NCBI GenBank assembly: GCA_964016885.1
Contig: OZ024745.1
Coordinates: forward strand, 14,880,001 to 14,944,000
Direction: 5' to 3'
DNA: 64,000 nucleotides
Source: Eledone cirrhosa
Lineage: Eukaryota
Each line of letters starts with the position of its first letter. Within the stretch, counting starts at the first letter, position 1. Position numbers and translations under genes: made by a program. This document shows positions 55,870 through 64,000 of the stretch, one piece after another. Below the pieces are notes generated by a model. That model was not told the DNA's origin, did not search any database, and saw only the letters and a list, made by a program, of their open reading frames with translations.

Positions 55870-58255
55870 GTTTAACGTCCATCTTCTACGCTAGCATGGG
55901 TTTGTCCCATTTAGAGGCAAGTTAGGTCGGGTGACCATGTCTCGCTCATATAGGACAATTTCTGGCTTGTTTTCTACGGCTGGAGGCCCTTCCTCGCGCC
56001 AACCACATTTACAGTGTGTGCTGGGTGCTTTTTGTCGTGACACCTACACAACCACTTTAGAGTGTGGGTTGAGTGCTTTTTGTCGTGTCACCATCATGAC
56101 CACTTTACAGCGTGAGGTGAGGGCTTCACTGGATGTATTTACTTTGGCATGTCCTCATGGGGGTGTATGGGAGGGTGGGGTGGGCATACTGTATATATGC
56201 TTCGGCTTGTGTTTGTGGGAAGTCGGGTCTCCTGTATTACTAAGTATCTCCAGAGATCTCGGTCATGTGTCATCATCTTTGAAAGATGCAATTGGGCAAG
56301 GTCGGCTTTTATCACCTCATCCCAAGTCTCCCTCGGTCTCCCCACTCCAAGACATCAGTAATGCTTTCGTTTGGCACAAATCCAAACTGCATCTCATCTA
56401 GTCTTACCCTGTCCCTAATCAACTGTGCTATGACTCTTTCTGTTACTTTCATCACCTGGTATATCACTTCTACACCTCTATAGTTCCTCTATCTACTGCA
56501 TCTCCTTTACCCTTGTAGCAATTGACAATGATGCTGATGCGCCAATCATTTGGTATGACACCATCTAGTATTAGTTGATTTACAATACGTGTGGTTATGG
56601 TGTGTCCTACCGGCCCAGATGATTTCAACATCTCAGCAACTATTCCTGATGGACCGGTTGCTTTCCCAGCTTTCATTGCCTTACTAACTATACTGCTACT
56701 AACTTGTACTGCTGGGCCCTCAATGGGGTCCACTTGGGTTGGGGTCTCTTTCACCCATGTATTCTCTTCATTCAGTAATCTTTCATAATGGCTCTTCAGC
56801 CTTCTCAGCATCTGTGAGGGCAAGTGCAACTTTATCATCCCGGACACATTTCTCACTAATGACATCGATATTTTCTCTAACACACTGTCACGCAATCCTG
56901 AACACCCCCTGTTTCTGGTCCTCACGCTGCAAAAGATGTTTGAATTTTTTATCCTCCGCTTCTCTTCTAGCTCAGGTTCTGCTGCACGTCGGACTAAGGA
57001 GGCCAAGCTCCTCAAATACCGGTCACTCTCCAACAGGTTCGCGGTTAAACCCTTGGCAGTGGAGACTTCTGGTGTCCTCGGCCCCAGGGCTACCTACCTA
57101 CTCACCACCATAGGCGCTGAGCTGGCCAGCCGCAGGTGTGAACCCCGCGAGCTGGAGTGTCTTTTCCAGCATCCTCCGGGGAACGCCTTCTCCATCCTGT
57201 CCGCCGGGGCTGTGTGTGTGTGTTGGGGGGGGGGGATCATCGCGTAACATTCCATATTTAGGTATCCAGATTAATGGTTTTTAGGCTGGCACTACAATGT
57301 GTACTGAGGTATTTAACATATTGCCTCCACCAGAACCACCAATAGCAAGACAAATTATAATAAAATTGAATCAATGGAAAAAAAAAAAAACCTAAGTATA
57401 CTTATCGCCTAGCTTTCCTCCTCTATGTAATGTACCCTGCTCCCCCGTTCTTCCATTGTTTCCATGTCGGTCTCTTGGCCTTAATTGCTTCAGCTACCTT
57501 ATTGTTCCACCACCAAGTCACTCTCGTTCTCTCTGTAATCTTTCTCCAGCCACAGATTTCGTCTGTCACTTTCAGTAGGTTATTTTCCATGAACTCCCAG
57601 TGCCCTTCTACATCGAATGTCTCTATCTGTTCTTTACTGTCATAAGCGACAAGTAAAATATCTCTAAATCTGTTACTGGCCGAGGGATCTTTCAGCTTCC
57701 AGATCTTTCTTCTCCAGGTGGCCTTCTGTTTCAAAGTTCACCTAGCTCTGACAATGAGGTTGCTGACTACTAGGCTGTGTTGGGAGGTACATTCCTCGCC
57801 CGGGAACGCCTTCGTGTTTACAACCATCAATCTATCTCATCTTCTGGTAAGAATAAAATCTATCTGACTAGTATGCTCCCCGGATCTATAGGTGATCAGG
57901 TGGTTGTCTGGTTTTTTGAAGTTTGTGTTACATATTGACAAGTCATTGGCGTTGCAGAAGTCTAAAAGCCTGTCGCCTTCTTCATTTCTTTTGCCAAGTC
58001 CATAGCCTCCATGGACTGTGTAGAAGCCATCTCCAAAGTCCGTTAAAGTGTCCTGCAATGAGTAGGAAGACGTTATCGTTCGTAAGAGTGGTAGTGTGCA
58101 TGAGGGTCTCGTAAAATCTATTCTTATGTTCGTCTGGCAACCCAGATTAGGGTGCGTAAGCAGATATAATTGTAGCTATTGTTTTATTCAGGACTAGTCT
58201 GAGTTTAAAGATTCTCACGTTCACCCTGTTCACTGAGATTACTTTATCTACCCAT
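55840..58255 (-). mobile_element. RTE-clade LINE pseudogene (APE endonuclease, linker, RT start, C-terminus, (GAT)n tail)
   Basis: SAYAP, RNEEGDRLLDFC, SQIDFIL (APE); WWWN linker; GKATGPSGI..EMLK, P.DW....IV..YKGKGD, QFGFVP (RT start); GRPRETW...DRDLWR C-terminus; (CAT)n at 55840-55869. Confidence 0.92.
56973..57391 (+). mobile_element. CRE-like REL fragment with poly(A), nested in the RTE LINE
   Basis: EAKLLKYRSL...PLAVETSGVLGP...EPRELE.LFQ; A13 tail at 57378-57390. Removing it restores the RTE frame (VYL^ARREAE). Confidence 0.85.
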
Positions 58256-58567
58256 GTGTATGTCTTCTGTATCTGAATTAAATTTCACATGGTCGCCTGG
58301 AAACGCATGAGTTCATATTCATTCAAAGTTATTTATTGTCATCCATAGATAACGATTCCTCGAGCGGTCGATGGTTAAGAAAGATAACTAGTAGTAGCAT
58401 TTGTTGCCGCGGGTGTTGAATGTTGTGGTTTCATTGGTCAGTGAGTCTATGGAGGTGTGTGTGTGTGAGGGGGAGGGGGGGGGGGGGGGAGATAAGTAAG
58501 TATAAGTACGTATTGGTCTGTAAGAAAATCGAGAATTGTAGGGGAAATACATTTAGCTCTGAGAAAG

Positions 58568-58628
58568 TCTATCTGTCTATCTGTCTATCTGTCTATCTGT
58601 CTATCTGTCTATCTGTCTATCTGTCTAT
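58568..58628. repeat. (TCTATCTG)n repeat
   Basis: Directly visible. Confidence 0.9.
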
Positions 58629-58704
58629 GGACAGCTAATATAGATGAATTATACAGACATTAGAAACGGAATAAAATAACGGCTTGCTTCATTGCTTGAA
58701 GACT

Positions 58705-59037
<333 letters not shown>

Positions 59038-60142
59038 GGAAAAGAGTTAGGACCCCGACGGCTGAGCTCCGGCCGTTTTGACAGCTAGATCCGAATTAAG
59101 CCATCAGTATTAGAACGGCGGGAATCTAGCTGGACTGAAAAGTCACACTCGTTCACCGCATCGGTAGAGGTTCTCCTACATGGATATAAAGGAGTGGCCG
59201 TACTCGAAAACGAGTTGGCAGCGACCATATATGTATTAATGTATGTATGTATGTGTGTATGTATTATCTATATATGTATGTGTGTATATATATATATATG
59301 CATGTATGTTTGTATGTATGTACATATACTGACGTGTCATTCTGGGAATGAAAGTATCTTGATGTTCCACCAGATACATTAGGTGGGAGGCATATCATTT
59401 CAACGTTTATAAGAACCTCAATGAATGTAACGTCTTAGCAACGTGTGCAGGTAGGTTTTTACTTGAAAATATCAATCTACATATTCATATATATATATAT
59501 ACAGGTGTTAAATATCAAATATTCACGATATTCATTCAATTCCCCTTCAATAATTAGTATTCAGTTCGATATATTGCGATCGTCAATAGCATGTAACATG
59601 AAGTATAATTAGTATTTATTGAAATATTTTTAATTTAAATATATATTAAAGATTGATCGGTAGAATTACAACTTTACATTGATTGCAAACATACACGAAA
59701 TAATCTGTGGTGTATTGCGAATATTTTGAATATTAAATTTGAAGATTACTGACATTAAACTAATCAAAAAAATTATATTGATTAGATAGAAATCATGCGA
59801 TGAATGAAAAGTGTATTGCAGAGATTCATAATTTATGCTGAACACTAACAAGTATTCCTGCTTTGGCTCTCTTTTAATTTTTGACTGTTTGGAAAATGTA
59901 ATTCCACTGCCACAGATAGACATATAATCAAATGGATGAATTGAGGAAACTACTCACACACACACGCATAAAACTACACACACACACACACACACATACA
60001 TATATATGTATAAAAAGTGCACACAAACTCATAGAAGTACATTGACGTTGTTACATCTCTAATTAGGCTACTACTAATGAATTTTGTGATTGTTTAAATA
60101 AACATACATACACACAGAGACACACACGCACGAACACATACG

Positions 60143-60238
<96 letters not shown>

Positions 60239-60279
60239 TTCAAAATATTAACAAAAATAGAACTTCTTGGGATCAAGTA

Positions 60280-60345
60280 TATTTTATTATACATATTTCA
60301 TATTACTGAGCTATCTTCAACAGTACGTCCTCATCAGATAAAATA
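60280..60345 (-). ncRNA. Minimal type-I hammerhead ribozyme motif (degenerate stem II)
   Basis: TATTTTAT-CTGATGA-[TACTG/CAGTA]-GAAA-TATGTA-TA-ATAAAATA. Confidence 0.65.
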
Positions 60346-60457
60346 AGATGATGCATGACATACCCTGCCATAGTAGGTGGTTAAGATCCAGTCATGGTAG
60401 TTCCAATCTATTGTAAAACCCATTCTTTGATTTATTCATTGAACCTTGTTTAACCTT

Positions 60458-60502
<45 letters not shown>

Positions 60503-60591
60503 CAATAATAATTAATGTGAAGACTAAAATCCAAAGAGAGCAAGATAAGGATAAATAAATATCAAATATATAAGAACCCTAGCGCAAATAC

Positions 60592-60720
60592 TAAAATAAC
60601 AGATTAAAGTTTAAGCAAAGAATCGGCGCTTTCACCCTTAACGGGATCTTCTAGTTTCAGAAGATCCCGTTAAGGGCGAAAGCAGCGATTTTTCTGCTTA
60701 AACTTTAATCTGTTATTTTA
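60592..60720. repeat. ~130-bp fold-back palindrome, same family as 50679-50819
   Basis: Arms TAAAATAACAGATTAAAGTTTAAGCA...GGGATCTTCT / AGAAGATCCC...TGCTTAAACTTTAATCTGTTATTTTA. Confidence 0.9.
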
Positions 60721-60729
60721 TTATATAAC

Positions 60730-62125
60730 AATAGACTACCTGTATTAGACACGGAACTCTGGATTAACACTATAGATGAGAGAGCCCAAATTCTCCACTC
60801 ACACTACGCTAAACCCATGGTCTCCAAATACCTGATACTAAAAAACTCAGCAATGTCCAGTAGTGCTAAGTTTAATATTCTGATCGCAGATTTGGTACGA
60901 GTGATGAAGAATGTGTCCCGCATGTGCGACCCAACAGAAATGGAAAGACACATCCAACACTTCATCAACCGCATGCAGTTCTCTGGCTACAACCAAAGAG
61001 ACAGAATCAGAGGTCGAAGGAGCCACGGAGAAGTATAAGACCCTCATAGAACTGGGCATGAAAAGTATTTGCCCATTATACAGGAGCAAATCATGGAATA
61101 GCTTAGATAGGACTAAACATAAGATAGGGAAAGCCACCTCATGGTACGACAACCAGAGATACCAGAGTGTCATGTTCATGGATGCTACCCTGGAGGGAAA
61201 TTAGCTAACCAGTGTAGAAAGGCCCTGAGAATGACCCACTTAAAGATTAAGGTGGTAGAAAAGCCAGGAACCACCATAAAATGCCTGATCAGCAAAACAT
61301 ACCCTTTTAAGAAAACCCACTGTACTAATAGGAAATGTATTATATGTAAAGTAAACCCCCGGATAAACTGTAAAACTAGAAACGTAGTCTATAGCATAAG
61401 ATGTACAGAGGGTACTTGCAGAAACATGACAACAACATACATAGGCGAGACAGCTCGTAGCATAGGTGAAAGGATAGACCAACACTGGGGGAATTAAAAG
61501 GAAGAACAAACGGTTTAGTACTATAGGAACATGCCAGACAACAACATGGTGGTAACATAGATAACATAGAAATTAGAATAATATCTAAACATAGAAATGA
61601 CCTAGCAGATAGGCAAATCAGAGTGGCCAGTGAAATAGAACTTAGAAGGCCAAAGCTAAACAGAAAAAATGAATGGAATAACAACACCCAAACAAACAAT
61701 ACTGACCTAAGAGAAATATAAATAAATAAATATATACACAAGCACAATAACAACAAACACATATAAACACACACTAGTAAACTAATATAGAATACAATAA
61801 CCAAAACACAGTCACCCAAACGCGATCACACATCAAACACTATACACACACGCAAACGCATGCGCAGAGAAGACAAAAATAAATAAATAAATAAATAAAC
61901 AGATTAAATAAAGATGGCGTAGACATACAATACAACAGGAGGAAACATAATAGCACCACTGACGATGTTGCAGATGTGCAACGAAAGAACCTTGTTAGAC
62001 TATATATATGTGTTCGTGTCTATATTATATCTGTATTTTTGACCGTTGGTCAATCAATTGTAAACATTGAGGAGGGAATGAATGAACTGATATAAAAGAT
62101 ACAGAAGCGAAAACCAATATAAAGT
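60730..62125 (+). mobile_element. Penelope-like element (Neptune-type), 5'-truncated, with pLTR and hammerhead core at 61955-61996
   Basis: RT thumb (LDTELW...HYAKPM...RMQFSGY), Cys-rich linker, GIY-YIG (NVVYSIRC...YIGETARSIGERIDQH); paralog of 40230-40810. Confidence 0.9.
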
Positions 62126-62404
62126 AAAGCATGTCCATAGAATCATTTGATAATATATATACATCATTTCTTCTCCCAATTAGCATAATTAACCACACAA
62201 AAAATCAATTAGACCACGCTATAAGATTAAAAGGCACATATGAAGAAGAAGTAAATAAATAAACGATAGCAGGGTCTTCGCGGCCAACCGCTATAGAATA
62301 TTTACTCAACATTTCAACAGCACGTGGAAATTAATTAAGTATACGGTCAACCATACACAATTAGGTATAAAATTAAAGTTAGAAATGCTTATATACATAC
62401 CAGG

Positions 62405-62730
<326 letters not shown>

Positions 62731-62857
62731 ACTCCAGCTCTGTAAAACACGTGATGTTCTTACATTAAGTTATTTCACTTACTGGTAAGCTTCCAACAGT
62801 AATGGTTGCATTCTTTAAGGGTATGTCAATATTTATTTATAAAACTGATCTATATTA

Positions 62858-62922
62858 TATTTTATCTGATGAAAGCACACCATAATTTAACTTGGTGTCC
62901 TTGAAATATGTATAATGAAATA
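62858..62922 (+). ncRNA. Minimal type-I hammerhead ribozyme motif
   Basis: Same family as 49511-49576: TATTTTAT-CTGATGA-AAG.ACACCA/TGGTGT.CTT-GAAA-TATGTA-TA-ATGAAATA. Confidence 0.78.
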
Positions 62923-63049
62923 AATATGGTTTTATAAATATAGTTTCCATTTGTTAATATCGTATTTTTACTCCAAATATTTGTTGAGTGCTTTATATCA
63001 GTTATAAAAATATTTGCTTGTTGTATCCCAACAATTTAAATAGAACTTT

Positions 63050-63103
<54 letters not shown>

Positions 63104-63204
63104 TATAATTACACATGCATGCAATTAATTCCATAAACATACAATTAATTGTACATGCACCAAATTACAATTATACTCATGCACCAAATTACAATTATAC
63201 TCAT

Positions 63205-63286
<82 letters not shown>

Positions 63287-63459
63287 GCACATACACACAA
63301 GCACACATATAAATATGTTTCTGTGTCTGTGCTTATATATGGATTAGCATTACATTACTCACACACTTACATGCAATTTCACACACCCTCACGCACACAC
63401 ACACATACAAGAAATCGCATACATGTACATGAAAATACTCGCACACAGAGACACACACA

Positions 63460-64000
63460 CATGGAACATGTAAACCCCCACACATAGAACCTCACACATA
63501 GAACTATACACGTACAACCACACACATAGAACCACACACATAGAACTACACACATAGAACATGCAACCACACTTGGAACCACACACATGGAACCACACAC
63601 ATAGAATCACACACATAGAACCACACACATATAATCACAACAATGGAACCACACACATGGAACCACACACATAGAACCACACACATAGAACCACACACAT
63701 ATAATCACAACAATGGAACCACACACATGGAACCACACACATAGAATCACAACAATGGAACCACACACATGGAACCACACACATAGAACCACACACATGG
63801 AACCACACACATGGAACCACACACATGGAACCACACACATAGAACCACACACATGGAACCACACACATGGAACCACACACATGGAACCACACACATAGAA
63901 TCACACACATGGAACCACACACATAGAACCACACACATGGAACCACACACATAGAATCACAACAATGGAACCACACACATGGAACCACACACATAGAATC
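63460..64000. repeat. 14-bp minisatellite (GAACCACACACAT[G/A])n running off the window
   Basis: Period 14 (e.g. 63786, 63800, 63814), with occasional AATCACAACAATG variants. Confidence 0.95.

Noticed and set aside
60657-60695. CAGAAGA-TCCCGTTAAGGGC-GAAA as a hammerhead variant in the fold-back family
   Set aside because: The core has A at the U4 position in all copies, and no convincing stem I or III could be drawn.

Overview
AT-rich, repeat-dominated animal genomic DNA with no complete protein-coding gene that I can identify. The SINE/LINE repertoire and dense (TA)n/(CA)n/(ATGT)n tracts suggest an octopod cephalopod (inference from recalled repeat families). Left third: two stacked non-autonomous Helitrons (538-1460, 1461-2011) run directly into a ~21.6 kb satellite of 59/56-bp monomers (2012-23596). 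The satellite carries five copies of a third, ~0.93 kb Helitron that was co-amplified as part of a higher-order repeat. All three Helitron insertion events sit at the same TGTTATAA^ site, which is also the phase at which the satellite begins. Right two thirds: decayed retroelements (tRNA-derived SINEs, RTE, CRE-like, R4/Dong-like, Penelope-like GIY-YIG elements), mariner-type MITE remnants and microsatellites. Between 40.0 and 62.9 kb there are about a dozen minimal type-I hammerhead ribozyme motifs with covarying stems. Some lie in Penelope pseudo-LTRs, but most lie in short ORF-less units beside (TA)n tracts. A few isolated candidate exons of an unidentified host gene are reported at low confidence. 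Coordinates were counted by hand, and the ends of decayed elements are approximate.
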